A stretch of DNA of 64,000 bases from Minisyncoccia bacterium (GCA_049997795.1 JBEKVT010000002.1:1664-65663); one strand, 5' to 3'. Counted from the first letter of the stretch, positions 25,675-35,067 are shown. Notes: a model not told the origin generated them from the letters alone. Made by a program: numbers and translations.

Positions 25675-26433
25675 ATGGAGTCTCTCTCGAAACAGCAAAT
25701 GATACTCCTTGCCCTCTTGGTGTCTTTCGTGACCTCTCTCGCCACGGGCATCACCACGGTCTCGCTCATGGACCAGTCGCCCAATATGACGAGGACCATC
25801 ACCCAGGTCATACAGCAGACCGTTTCAGGGCTATCGACCGGCGGGGCATCTTCGACAGCCGCCGTGGCCATAGCCGTGAATGACGAAGTTGCTGACGCCA
25901 CTGCCTCGATCGAGCCTTCCATCGTCCGCTTGCGCGACGGAGACAGCGGTCCGGTCGTGGGCTTGGGCCTCATCGTCTCCGGATCGGGGGCCATCATGTC
26001 CGACAAGGATCTGACCGATACCCTCAATTCGCCGGAGGCGGTCTTCCCGAACGGTACTTCCGTGCCGATCGCCGTGGCCCGCTTCCAGATAAACGGCGAC
26101 GTGGCCTTCCTCGTCCCGACCAGGTCCATCTCGATCTCCATGAGGCCGATCGTCTTCGGCTCCGCGGCCCGTCTCGGCGCCTCGCTTTGGTCCTTGACCG
26201 GCACATCCACTTATACCTTGTCGCAAGGCATCGTGACCGAGCTCGTCCCGATCTCCGGATCCGAGCTTTCGTCGATACGCACCTCGATCGTCGCTCCCAA
26301 GATGCTTCCTGGCACGCCGCTCTTCGACGCCACGGGCGCAGTCATAGGCATGGCTACCACCGGTTCGCTTTCAGGCAGCCAAGGCGCTTCATTCTATCCG
26401 ATCCAGGAAGTTAGGACCGCCGTGCCGAGATGA
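25675..26433 (+). CDS. Membrane-anchored trypsin-like (HtrA/S1-family-like) protein, catalytic Ser apparently absent
   Basis: PGTPLFDATGAVIGMATTG aligns to HtrA NPGNSGGPLVNxxGEVIGINT but lacks GNSGG Ser. Confidence 0.5.
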   Translation: MESLSKQQMILLALLVSFVTSLATGITTVSLMDQSPNMTRTITQVIQQTVSGLSTGGASSTAAVAIAVNDEVADATASIEPSIVRLRDGDSGPVVGLGLIVSGSGAIMSDKDLTDTLNSPEAVFPNGTSVPIAVARFQINGDVAFLVPTRSISISMRPIVFGSAARLGASLWSLTGTSTYTLSQGIVTELVPISGSELSSIRTSIVAPKMLPGTPLFDATGAVIGMATTGSLSGSQGASFYPIQEVRTAVPR

Positions 26434-26440
26434 GCCGAAA

Positions 26441-26541
26441 AGGATATGTCTTGAAAGAACTCCACTTATTCGGCTTTTGTGCCTAAAGAAAGCGTCTCAA
26501 CCTACTGATCCCGCTGGGAATGTTCTTTCAAGGCATATCCT
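26441..26541. repeat. Palindromic intergenic element, family copy c (forward)
   Basis: Arms AGGATATGTCTTGAAAGAAC / GTTCTTTCAAGGCATATCCT (20 bp perfect); core TCCACTTATTCGG...ATCCCGCTGGGAATGTTC. Confidence 0.7.
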
Positions 26542-26580
26542 TGTCGGCTCTTCATTCACGGCCGTCCCGCACCGCCGGAT

Positions 26581-26609
26581 TTGATTCCGGCGTATTTTTG
26601 TAGTAATAT
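26581..26609 (+). promoter_or_regulatory. Candidate clpB promoter TTGATT-17-TAATAT, 13 nt before ATG
   Basis: Seen in sequence; no CIRCE element recognised. Confidence 0.4.
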
Positions 26610-26622
26610 ATGGCCGAAATCG

Positions 26623-29325
26623 ATGCCTCCTATCAATAAACTCACCACAAAGGCCAGGGAAGCCCTTAAAAAGGCCCACGAATTGGCCATAGAACGCGGC
26701 CAGAACCACGTCAACCCCGTGCACCTTTTATGCGCTCTCATCCTCCAGGAAGAGAGCATGGTGGCTTCGATCCTGGACAAGCTGGAAGTCGACACGCCGA
26801 TGCTCTCGGACATCGTCCTGGAGCACATCGAGGCGCCCGAAGGCTCGAGCGTCCTGTCGCCGTCATATCAGATCTACCTCACCCCGGACCTGGCTCAGAT
26901 CCTGGACAATTCGCTCCGAGTGGCCGGACTCTTGAAGGATGAGTTCATCTCCACCGAGCACCTCTTCCTGTCGATCTTCGACATCCCGTGCACGGCCCGT
27001 GACATCCTCGGCCGTTTCAAGATAGAGCGCGACGCCGTGACCAAGGTCATTGAAGAACTCAAGGCCAACCCGCCTTCCCGCGACACCGAGCCGAAGAAAT
27101 TCCGCACTCTCTACAAATACGCCAGATCGCTCACTAGGCTTGCCCGCGAGAACAAGCTCGATCCGGTCATAGGCCGCGATAACGAGATCATGCGCATCAT
27201 CCAAATCCTGTCGCGCCGGACCAAGAACAACCCGATCCTGATCGGCGAGGCCGGCGTGGGCAAGACCGCCATCGTGGAAGGCTTGGCTCTTCGCATGTCC
27301 CAAGGCGACGTGCCGGAATCGATCAAAGACAAGGAGCTGGTATCGCTCGACCTCGGCCAATTGATCGCCGGCACCAAGTACCGCGGCGAATTCGAAGAAC
27401 GCCTGAAGAACATCCTGAAGGAAGTCGAACGAGCCGAAGGCAAGATCATCCTCTTCGTCGACGAGATCCACACCCTGGTCGGCGCCGGCGCCTCCGAGGG
27501 TTCGATGGACGCCTCCAACATGCTGAAGCCGGCCCTCTCCCGGGGTGAACTCCGGGCCATCGGCGCCACCACCATAAAGGAATACCAGAAATACATCGAG
27601 CGCGACCCGGCCCTGACCCGCCGCTTCCAGCCAGTCTATGTCTCCGAGCCCTCCGTCGAAGATGCCATCTCCATCCTGCGCGGCCTCAAGGAGAAATACG
27701 AGATGTTCCACGGCGTACGGATCACCGACGACGCCATCGTGGCGGCCGTCAACCTGGCCAGCCGCTACATCACCGATCGCTTCCTGCCGGACAAAGTTGT
27801 CGACCTCGTGGATGAAGCCGCCTCCTCGCTCAGGATCTCGCTCGAGAACATGCCGCCCAAGCTGGAAGAGACCAGGAGGAAGATCATGCGGCTCGGGATA
27901 GAGCGCGAAGCCCTGAAGAAAGAGACGGAGAAAGCCGCCAGGATGCGCATGACGAAGATCGATCACGAAATAGCGGATCTCAAAGAATCGACTTCGGAGC
28001 TTGAGCTCAAATGGAAGAACGAGAAGGAGACCATCACCGACCTGAAGCGCATCAAGAGGGAACTAGAGGCCATGCGCATCGAGGCCGACATGGCCGAAGC
28101 CAGGTCCGACCTCTCGAAGGCCGCTGAATTGCGCTACGGACGCATCCCGGCTCTGGAAAAAGACCTCGAATCAAAGAATCGCCGCCTGAAGAAGCTGCAG
28201 TCCTCGAGGCGCATCCTGAAGGAAGAGATCACCGCCGAAGACATCGCCGGCGTGGTCTCTCGCTGGACCGGCATCCCGGTCTCGCGGATGCTGGAGTCCG
28301 AGGCCTCGAAGTTGACGCGCATGGAGATCGAATTGAAGAAGCGCATCGTGGGCCAGGACGAGGCCGTCACGAAGATATCCGACACGGTCAGGCGCTCCAG
28401 AGCCGGCATCGCCGACCCGGCCCGGCCGATCGGCTCGTTCATCTTCCTGGGCCCGACCGGCGTCGGCAAGACGGAGCTCACCAAGGCCCTGGCCGAATTC
28501 CTGTTCAACGACGAAAAGGCCCTGATCCGGGTGGACATGTCCGAATTCATGGAGAAGCACAGTGTCTCGAAGTTGATCGGCGCCCCTCCGGGCTACGTGG
28601 GCTACGACGAGGCCGGCAGCCTGACCGAGGCAGTCCGCCACCGTCCGTACGCGGTCATCCTCTTCGACGAGATAGAGAAAGCCCATCCGGAAGTCTTCAA
28701 CATCCTCTTGCAGGTCCTCGACAACGGCCGGCTGACCGACTCCAAGGGCCGGGTGGTCAACTTCAGGAACACGGTCATCATCATGACCTCGAACATCGGC
28801 GCCCAACACATCGAGCGCATGGAGAAGCTCGGCTTCTCGAAGGACCAAGGCAACCGCGACCGCGACAATTACGCCGAGGCCAAGGAGAAGATCAACGCCG
28901 CCCTCAAGGATTATTTCCGTCCCGAATTCCTGAACCGCATAGACGACATCATCATCTTCGACATCCTGTCGCCGGAAGCGGTCAGGGAGATAGTCAGGAT
29001 CCAAGTCGGGGAAGTGACGAAGCGCCTCGCCGAGAAGTCAGTCGAGCTCATCCTCTCGCCGGCCGCTCTGGATTATCTGGCCAAGGAGGGCTACAACCCG
29101 CAGTACGGCGCCCGGCCCTTGAAGCGCCTGATCCAATCGAGGATACTCACCCCGGTGGCGAACCTGCTTATCGGCCAGGAAGTGGCGAAGGGCGGTCAGG
29201 TCCTGGTCGGCGTGAAAGACGTCGCCGGCAAGGAGGGCGTCAAGGAATTCACTTTCGAAGTCAAGAAGAAGCACAAAGGCGAGAGCCCGATCATCGCGCG
29301 CGAAACGGCGGCAGAGAAACGCTAG
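26623..29325 (+). CDS. clpB: Chaperone ClpB (AAA+ disaggregase with long middle coiled-coil)
   Basis: 900 aa; two Walker A ([20 protein letters not shown]), N-domain repeats, M-domain coiled coil. Confidence 0.9.
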   Translation: MPPINKLTTKAREALKKAHELAIERGQNHVNPVHLLCALILQEESMVASILDKLEVDTPMLSDIVLEHIEAPEGSSVLSPSYQIYLTPDLAQILDNSLRVAGLLKDEFISTEHLFLSIFDIPCTARDILGRFKIERDAVTKVIEELKANPPSRDTEPKKFRTLYKYARSLTRLARENKLDPVIGRDNEIMRIIQILSRRTKNNPILIGEAGVGKTAIVEGLALRMSQGDVPESIKDKELVSLDLGQLIAGTKYRGEFEERLKNILKEVERAEGKIILFVDEIHTLVGAGASEGSMDASNMLKPALSRGELRAIGATTIKEYQKYIERDPALTRRFQPVYVSEPSVEDAISILRGLKEKYEMFHGVRITDDAIVAAVNLASRYITDRFLPDKVVDLVDEAASSLRISLENMPPKLEETRRKIMRLGIEREALKKETEKAARMRMTKIDHEIADLKESTSELELKWKNEKETITDLKRIKRELEAMRIEADMAEARSDLSKAAELRYGRIPALEKDLESKNRRLKKLQSSRRILKEEITAEDIAGVVSRWTGIPVSRMLESEASKLTRMEIELKKRIVGQDEAVTKISDTVRRSRAGIADPARPIGSFIFLGPTGVGKTELTKALAEFLFNDEKALIRVDMSEFMEKHSVSKLIGAPPGYVGYDEAGSLTEAVRHRPYAVILFDEIEKAHPEVFNILLQVLDNGRLTDSKGRVVNFRNTVIIMTSNIGAQHIERMEKLGFSKDQGNRDRDNYAEAKEKINAALKDYFRPEFLNRIDDIIIFDILSPEAVREIVRIQVGEVTKRLAEKSVELILSPAALDYLAKEGYNPQYGARPLKRLIQSRILTPVANLLIGQEVAKGGQVLVGVKDVAGKEGVKEFTFEVKKKHKGESPIIARETAAEKR

Positions 29326-29374
29326 ATTGCGGATTCTCCGAAATCGTATTAAAATCAACGCGTTCCCTAAAAAC

Positions 29375-29458
29375 GCGCAGGTGGCAGAGTGGTCAATTGC
29401 AATGGACTGTAAATCCATCGCCCTATGGGCTACGGGGGTTCAAATCCCTCCCTGCGCA
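29375..29458 (+). tRNA. tRNA-Tyr (anticodon GTA), long variable arm
   Basis: GCGCAGGTGGCAGAGTGG...ACTGTAAATCC...GGGGGTTCAAATCCCTCCCTGCGCA. Confidence 0.85.
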
Positions 29459-29475
29459 CAAATCTTTTGTGATAT

Positions 29476-29507
29476 GGTAAAGAAAAAAGCCCGCGTCGAT
29501 GGCGCGG
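29476..29507 (-). terminator. Intrinsic terminator for minus-strand gene 29521-29937 (GCCCGCG...CGCGGGC hairpin + U-run)
   Basis: Seen in sequence. Confidence 0.5.
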
Positions 29508-29520
29508 GCTCACAAAACAT

Positions 29521-29937
29521 TCACGGATAGCCCAGTTGCTGGAAAGCCGCGTAGAAAGCGGCTGCGTCTCTGGCTGATTTATCTGCCGCTTCTTGGGTGG
29601 CTGTCCATCGCCTGTCGATCCTGACGACATCTCCGACCTTGATAACTGCGCTTAGGGGAGCATAGGTTGACATTGAATGAAGGCGGACACTGACCTCATC
29701 TCCTGTGGGGAAAGAAGTCTTACCGTCCTTGTCGCAGTCGAGGTAACGGATCATGATAAAGCTGTTGCCCACTACATTATTGTCGACCGCTACCACCTTG
29801 CCGTAGGACACAGGATTCAGTTGACCACGAGATCCTTTGTATATCACTACGCCGGCTAAGACAGCCAAGACAACAACCCCGAGATAGAGGAATACAAGGG
29901 GAGGATATTCCTTGAAAAATAGAAATAGTTTTTTCAT
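29521..29937 (-). CDS. Hypothetical membrane-anchored protein (138 aa), island cargo
   Basis: N-terminal TM LVFLYLGVVVLAVLAGVVI then ~100-aa domain; lower GC than flanks. Confidence 0.45.
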   Translation of the reverse strand: MKKLFLFFKEYPPLVFLYLGVVVLAVLAGVVIYKGSRGQLNPVSYGKVVAVDNNVVGNSFIMIRYLDCDKDGKTSFPTGDEVSVRLHSMSTYAPLSAVIKVGDVVRIDRRWTATQEAADKSARDAAAFYAAFQQLGYP

Positions 29938-30107
29938 AGCTGAAGTTTGGTTGAAAGACGCGACAGAATTGTCTCGCCTTCGTTCCCAAACTCCAACTCA
30001 TTTCAATGATCCTAACTACCTAACATTATATAGCATTTAATATCTATTTGTCAAGCTCTATTAATTCCATCGGAACGCTGTTTTAGTGACTTAAGTTCAT
30101 TAAAAAG

Positions 30108-30140
30108 GTTCTAACTTCGTCCCACGCAGCGCACAAATCC
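30108..30140 (+). repeat. Direct-repeat motif S3: GGTTCTAACTTCGTCCCACGCAGCGCACAAATC
   Basis: 17/20 nt identity to tRNA-Tyr 3' end plus trailer; T-loop-like GGTTC start. Confidence 0.6.
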
Positions 30141-30226
30141 TTCCAACAACAATCAGTAATACAAAAAGCCGCTCGGAATGGTACGAGCGGCCGATAACAC
30201 ATCATTGACGAGATTCGATCGTGACA

Positions 30227-30490
30227 TTATCCGCCGTCCTCGACAAGTTCTTCCGGCTTGACCGGTTCTCCATATCTGGGAGCTTTCCAGTCTGGCTGAC
30301 AGCTTGGACAATGCAGATGCCCAACTTGTATCACCTTGCCGCTCCCCGAAAGCGGAAATGGTCCATCGTGGAGTGAACGGCCTGTCTGGGTGCACAGAAT
30401 GTCGACTCCCGTCTTTTTGCAAGTCCAACCATTGGGTCCGTGAACAGCGTGTTCCTGGAGCCATTTTGCATCTGTTGCGAGAATAGTCAC
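30227..30490 (-). CDS. Small Cys-containing hypothetical protein (87 aa; CxxxxxxxxC ... CPSC), island cargo
   Basis: Flanked by S3 and S4; followed by hairpin GCCGCTCGGAATGGTACGAGCGGC. Confidence 0.4.
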   Translation of the reverse strand: MTILATDAKWLQEHAVHGPNGWTCKKTGVDILCTQTGRSLHDGPFPLSGSGKVIQVGHLHCPSCQPDWKAPRYGEPVKPEELVEDGG

Positions 30491-30601
30491 GGCTTACCTT
30501 TCTATATTTGAATGACCACCGAGATAAGTATCCGGGACTGACATTACTACTTAAACCACTACTGTCAAGATAATGATTTAACGGCTCAGACTCATCAAAG
30601 A

Positions 30602-30635
30602 GGTTTCAACTTCATCCTACGCAGCGCACGATTCA
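30602..30635 (+). repeat. Direct-repeat motif S4: GGTTTCAACTTCATCCTACGCAGCGCACGATTCA, abutting alr stop
   Basis: Near-identical to S3. Confidence 0.6.
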
Positions 30636-31781
30636 ATCGACCACGACCCGCTTGAGGTGTGCCGGGATCTTCACGGCGACTTCGTAAGTGATGGTGCCGC
30701 AGAGCTTGGCCACGGCCTTGATGGAATTGAGATCGACGACCTCGCGGCTGAAAACGACGGCTTGCATGCCTATCTTGGAGTCAGGGACCTTCGAGACGTC
30801 TATGGTGGCGATATTCATGCTGACCCGGCCGACGATGGGACAGAGGATGCGATCCGGACCGACCTGGATGAAGCCGCTCCCGGAAAGCCGGCGGTCGAGA
30901 CCTTCGAAATAGCCGACGGGGATGGTGGCTATCGTCATGTCCTTGTCGGCCCTGAAGGTATTACCGTAGCCGACGGTCTCTCCGGCCGTGAGCTTCTTGA
31001 CGCCGGTTATGATCGTCCTCATCTCCAATACTGGCCGGAGCTTCAGGCTTGAATACAGGGCGGAATTCTCGGACAAGCCGTATAGGCCGATGCCGAGCCG
31101 GATGACGTTGCCGTTTATGTCCTTGGAGAAGCGCGAGCCGTCGGTGGCGGCGGCGTGGAAGTATTTGAGGCGCGGAAATGAGGCCTTGAACTGATTGACT
31201 ATCCGATTCCAGGCGCTTATCTGGCTCTCGGTGAATGATCCATCGGGGTTATCGGCGCTCGAGAAGTGGGTGCAGATCCCTTCCAGGACGATGCAAGGAT
31301 TTGCTTTGATTACATCGATCGTTGTCGGGATCTCCTCGGGCAATATGCCTTGCCGGCGCATGCCCGTGTCGATCTTTAGATGGATAGGGATGTAATGCCG
31401 GGCGCCCATCAATCCCTCGAGAGTTTCCAAGCTGGTCACGGCGAAAGCCGTCTTCTTCAAGCTGGATTTTCTGATGGTCTCGGGCCTGGTGTAGCCGATG
31501 ACGAGCAGGGGAGCCCTGAATCGGCGGGCCCGCAGAGCCACGGCTTCGAAATACGAATCGACGATGAAGAAAGGCATATCGTCTCGAGATTTGAGGACGC
31601 TGGCGACTTCGGCTAGGCCGTGGCCGTAGGCGTTGGACTTCAAGACAGAGGCGATGCCCGCGCCGGGCGCCAGTTTCTTGAATTCATCCAGATTTTCGAG
31701 CAGGCGGCTCTTCGATATCTCGACCGTGATGAGCGGCTCGTAGGGGAACCGGCGGCGCGAAAGCCAGGTCAGGAGTCTCAT
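30633..31781 (-). CDS. alr: Alanine racemase
   Basis: 382 aa; VLKSNAYGHG PLP-lysine motif. Confidence 0.9.
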   Translation of the reverse strand: MRLLTWLSRRRFPYEPLITVEISKSRLLENLDEFKKLAPGAGIASVLKSNAYGHGLAEVASVLKSRDDMPFFIVDSYFEAVALRARRFRAPLLVIGYTRPETIRKSSLKKTAFAVTSLETLEGLMGARHYIPIHLKIDTGMRRQGILPEEIPTTIDVIKANPCIVLEGICTHFSSADNPDGSFTESQISAWNRIVNQFKASFPRLKYFHAAATDGSRFSKDINGNVIRLGIGLYGLSENSALYSSLKLRPVLEMRTIITGVKKLTAGETVGYGNTFRADKDMTIATIPVGYFEGLDRRLSGSGFIQVGPDRILCPIVGRVSMNIATIDVSKVPDSKIGMQAVVFSREVVDLNSIKAVAKLCGTITYEVAVKIPAHLKRVVVD

Positions 31782-31832
31782 GTTTGCATTATGTCTTAGC
31801 CTGGGTTATATTACAACCTCACTCGAATCATC

Positions 31833-31988
31833 ATGTCGCAGGACCAACTCATCCAATTGCGAAACAAGGAGACCGGCGAGGTCTATTGGACGCGCAAGAA
31901 CAAGAAGAAGGTGGAGCGCAAGATCGAGCTCAAGAAATATTCGGCCAGGCTCCGTAAGCACGTCGTCTTCAAAGAATCCAAGAAATAA
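31833..31988 (+). CDS. rpmG: 50S ribosomal protein L33
   Basis: MSQDQLIQLRNKETGEVYWTRKNKKKVERKIELKKYSARLRKHVVFKESKK; below track length cutoff. Confidence 0.8.
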   Translation: MSQDQLIQLRNKETGEVYWTRKNKKKVERKIELKKYSARLRKHVVFKESKK

Positions 31989-31990
31989 TC

Positions 31991-32105
31991 GCAGGAAAGG
32001 AAGTGCTTCTGAAGAACTCCTCTTTACATCCCGCTTTAGGCTGAAGGCAAGGGTCATCGGACGTATCCCGCTGGGAATGTTCTTCAGAAGCACTTCCTTT
32101 CCTGC
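31991..32105. repeat. Palindromic intergenic element, family copy d (forward), 27-bp perfect arms
   Basis: GCAGGAAAGGAAGTGCTTCTGAAGAAC ... GTTCTTCAGAAGCACTTCCTTTCCTGC; core ends ATCCCGCTGGGAATGTTC. Confidence 0.7.
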
Positions 32106-32128
32106 TATACTTCTCGTGTTCCTTAGAT

Positions 32129-32199
32129 GGGCGATTAGTTAAGTGGCATAACTGCGGTCTCCAAAACCGCTGTCGGGGGTTCGATTCCCTCATCGCCCG
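32129..32199 (+). tRNA. tRNA-Trp (anticodon CCA)
   Basis: GGGCGATTAGTTAAGTGGCATAACTGCGGTCTCCAAAACCGC...GGGGGTTCGATTCCCTCATCGCCCG. Confidence 0.8.
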
Positions 32200-32204
32200 C
32201 AATA

Positions 32205-32231
32205 AAAAGAGCGGACAGAAGTCCGCTCCAT
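32205..32231 (-). terminator. Terminator for minus-strand PRTase gene (GAGCGGAC...GTCCGCTC hairpin + U-run on minus strand)
   Basis: Seen in sequence. Confidence 0.45.
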
Positions 32232-32238
32232 AGTGACG

Positions 32239-32940
32239 CTATCCGGCGTCAGAAACCGGTTCTTTGCGCGACGTCAGAGCGTTTAGACCCCGTCGCTCCA
32301 GGAATTCGCGGCCCTTGCCGACATGCGGGTTGACGGGAATCCCTTGTTTGCACAGAGGGCACTCGGATTCAGGCCAGTGGGCGGAACTCAACTTGACGTT
32401 CGCCAGCGAGACCAGCTCCGGCACGTCGCCAATGTCTGCGGCCGTGATACCGCCGGAATTCACCAGAGCCGCGGCGCCGATGACATGGCCGCCCCTCCGT
32501 CTCACGGCTTCGACGACCGTTCTGACGATATTGCGGCCGTCGGACAGGATATCCTCGACCACCAACACCTGCTTATTCCGGATCAACTTGTCATAATCGA
32601 GCCCGGGAATGAACAGATCTTGATCGATTTTTTCGGTGTGCATGGCTAAAACCTGGTGCTTCGTAAGCTCGCTCAAGTGGAATGCTGTCCACTGCGCGAG
32701 GATAGAGCCGTCGGTGCCATGGCCGATGACTACCCAGACGTTATCGCCCATGAACTTCTTGGCGATCTCCATGCACAGGCTGGAGGTTTGGATGGGGTGC
32801 GAGTATATCGCATCCCTGTTAACGTAAGAGTTTTCATGCAGGCGAGGGGAACTGACGATGTGATCGTCGATGATCATGGCGTTGAGCCATTTGAGGGTAG
32901 CGATCACCCTCTGTTCCAATTCAGGATCGTGTAGCTTCAT
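32239..32940 (-). CDS. Type I phosphoribosyltransferase (OPRT/PyrE-like)
   Basis: VLVVEDILSDGRNIVRTV PRPP-binding motif; start taken at MKLHD. Confidence 0.6.
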   Translation of the reverse strand: MKLHDPELEQRVIATLKWLNAMIIDDHIVSSPRLHENSYVNRDAIYSHPIQTSSLCMEIAKKFMGDNVWVVIGHGTDGSILAQWTAFHLSELTKHQVLAMHTEKIDQDLFIPGLDYDKLIRNKQVLVVEDILSDGRNIVRTVVEAVRRRGGHVIGAAALVNSGGITAADIGDVPELVSLANVKLSSAHWPESECPLCKQGIPVNPHVGKGREFLERRGLNALTSRKEPVSDAG

Positions 32941-33181
32941 GATTCCGTCCCTTTCAAGGCAAATACTGACGTTGGACTGACAAAGTAGCTGTTCGGTTGC
33001 CATACTACCGCCCGGCGCCTGTTTGTCAACGCGTTGACTTTCGGCACGCCCGGAAATTGAAAGACACACAGACCAATCATCTTGCATTAGTCATAGATAT
33101 ATGTTATTATATGCGCCGGTTTCAGTCTTTGACAGAACAAACTCACACAGCAAACTCAGCCAAGAAAAAGAGAGGATACCC

Positions 33182-33751
33182 ATGAAAGCAGGCAATTTGT
33201 TGCTGGCTCTCGGTGCTCTGGTCACGGCGCTCATGCTGGTCGGATGCACGGAGGAACATCACGTGCGCCGTCATCACAAGAAGCATTATGGTCTCATCTA
33301 TCACGGGACCGACGGCCACTATTACACCAGGAGCCACGAAGGCAACCGGTTTCTTTGCTGGAGACTGGTCAACGACACCTTGTCCGGCCTGTCTCCCGAC
33401 ATGGCCGACTGGAGCAAGAGCTCGTCGATCTCCGGTAACTGGGTGCGGACGTCTACGCTCCCGACCGGGCTCGTGCCGACCTCCAAGGTCGTGGTCGAGG
33501 AAGAAGGCAAACCCACCTCGGAGATCGAAGAAGAGTCCCCGGCCACGGAGCAGGAAACGGTCACAGAATCGACCACCGAATCTCAAGCCGAAAGCGCCGA
33601 AGCCGGTTCGGATGATTCCGGAAGCGATTCATCGTCAAGCGGAGACGGCGACAGTTCCGGCGGAGACGCCGGGGGCGGTGGCGATAGCGGTGGCGGCGGA
33701 GACAGCGGCGGTGGCGACGGTGGTGGTGATGGCGGCGGAGGCGGGGATTGA
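33182..33751 (+). CDS. Lipoprotein with His-rich segment and extreme Gly/Asp/Ser-rich repetitive C-terminus
   Basis: Lipobox LMLVGC; SD AAGAGAGGA; tail ...GDSGGGGDSGGGDGGGDGGGGGD. Confidence 0.55.
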   Translation: MKAGNLLLALGALVTALMLVGCTEEHHVRRHHKKHYGLIYHGTDGHYYTRSHEGNRFLCWRLVNDTLSGLSPDMADWSKSSSISGNWVRTSTLPTGLVPTSKVVVEEEGKPTSEIEEESPATEQETVTESTTESQAESAEAGSDDSGSDSSSSGDGDSSGGDAGGGGDSGGGGDSGGGDGGGDGGGGGD

Positions 33752-33768
33752 TCCCGCGAGACGCTTAC

Positions 33769-33803
33769 AAGGGCAGGCAGTGATCACTCGCTTGCCCTTT
33801 TTT
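33769..33803 (+). terminator. Intrinsic terminator after lipoprotein gene
   Basis: AAGGGCAGGCAGTGATCACTCGCTTGCCCTTTTTTATT. Confidence 0.5.
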
Positions 33804-33872
33804 ATTGAACGGATAGTTATATCCTTGATAGAAGAGTGATGCCTCTGAACTATCTGAAACCTGATCTTCTTT

Positions 33873-33900
33873 TTGCTTATGAAATCAACAGGCGTATACT
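33873..33900 (+). promoter_or_regulatory. Candidate rarA promoter TTGCTT-16-TATACT, 6 nt before ATG (leaderless)
   Basis: Seen in sequence. Confidence 0.45.
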
Positions 33901-33906
33901 ACGCCT

Positions 33907-35067
33907 ATGGAACCTCTCGCCAACAAAATACGGCCGCAGAACCTGAAAGAGTTCATGGGCCAGGAGCACCTGGTGGGGCCGAAGGGGCCTTTGCGCCAGG
34001 CGATACGGGATAAGCATCTCTTCTCGTTCATCCTCTGGGGCCCGCCGGGCTCGGGCAAGACGACCCTAGCCCGAATCTACGCCAAAGCTCTCGACGTCAA
34101 GCTCTACGAGCTCTCGGCTGTGAACGCCGGCAAGGACGACATCAAGAGGATCATCGACGACCCGGCTCTCCTCGACCAGCGGCCCAAGCTCCTATTCCTC
34201 GATGAGATCCACAGGTTCAACAAGGCCCAGCAAGATTTCCTTCTGCCGTTCGTGGAGACCGGGACGCTCACCTTGATCGGCGCCACCACCGAGAACCCGA
34301 GCTTCGAGGTCATCTCGCCCTTACTCTCGCGCTGCCGCGTTTTCACCTTGAACGCCTTGTCGGAGAAAGATTTGAGGAAGATCATCGAGCGCACCAAGAT
34401 AAAAGTGCCCAAGGACGCCCTGGATTGGTTGGTGACTCTGGCGAACGGCGACGCCCGCATCGCCATCACCGCTCTCGAGAACACCAAGCGCGTCTACGGC
34501 TCCGTCACGGTGGGGACCTTGAAGAACGCCTTCGAGCACGCCTTTATCCGCTTTGACAAGAAAGGCGACGAACATTACGACACCATTTCCGCGTACATAA
34601 AGAGCCTGCGGGCCGGAGACGCCGATGCGGCGCTCTACTACCTGGCCCGCATGATAGAAGGCGGCGAAGACCCCAAGTTCATCGCCCGCCGGATGGTCAT
34701 ATTCGCCTCCGAAGATATCGGTTTGGCTCAACCTACCGCATTGGTCGTGGCTAATGCAGTTTTTGCCGCCGTTGATGTCATAGGCATGCCCGAGGCTCAG
34801 ATCAATCTGGCGCACGGCACCGCCTATCTAGCTCTGGCCGCAAAAGACCGCAGCGCCTACAATGCCTATTTTGAAGCTCTTGATGACGTCAAGAAGACGG
34901 GGAACTTGCCCATTCCGCTCAAGATCCGCAATGCGCCCACCAAGCTCATGAAAGAGCTCGGCTATCACGAAGGCTATGAGATGTACGACAAGACCGGCTA
35001 TTTGCCTGAAAAGCTGAAAGGGAAGAAGTATTTAAAAGCGAAGAAAGGGAGGAATGCAGGGAAATAA
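33907..35067 (+). CDS. rarA: Replication-associated recombination protein A (AAA+)
   Basis: WGPPGSGKTTLA Walker A, FLDEIHRFNK Walker B, MgsA C-terminal domain. Confidence 0.85.
   Translation: MEPLANKIRPQNLKEFMGQEHLVGPKGPLRQAIRDKHLFSFILWGPPGSGKTTLARIYAKALDVKLYELSAVNAGKDDIKRIIDDPALLDQRPKLLFLDEIHRFNKAQQDFLLPFVETGTLTLIGATTENPSFEVISPLLSRCRVFTLNALSEKDLRKIIERTKIKVPKDALDWLVTLANGDARIAITALENTKRVYGSVTVGTLKNAFEHAFIRFDKKGDEHYDTISAYIKSLRAGDADAALYYLARMIEGGEDPKFIARRMVIFASEDIGLAQPTALVVANAVFAAVDVIGMPEAQINLAHGTAYLALAAKDRSAYNAYFEALDDVKKTGNLPIPLKIRNAPTKLMKELGYHEGYEMYDKTGYLPEKLKGKKYLKAKKGRNAGK

Larger units (their letters stand above)
29459..30635 (+). mobile_element. AT-richer cassette island 2 adjacent to tRNA-Tyr 3' end: two small minus-strand genes, each followed by a tRNA-Tyr-3'-end-like repeat (S3, S4)
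   Basis: Lower GC by eye; S3 shares 11/11 nt GCGCACAAATC with tRNA-Tyr end + trailer (29454-29464). Confidence 0.55.

Noticed and set aside
26863-29004. Long minus-strand ORFs (26863-27966, 28171-29004) inside clpB
   Set aside because: Antisense shadow ORFs of a confidently identified clpB.
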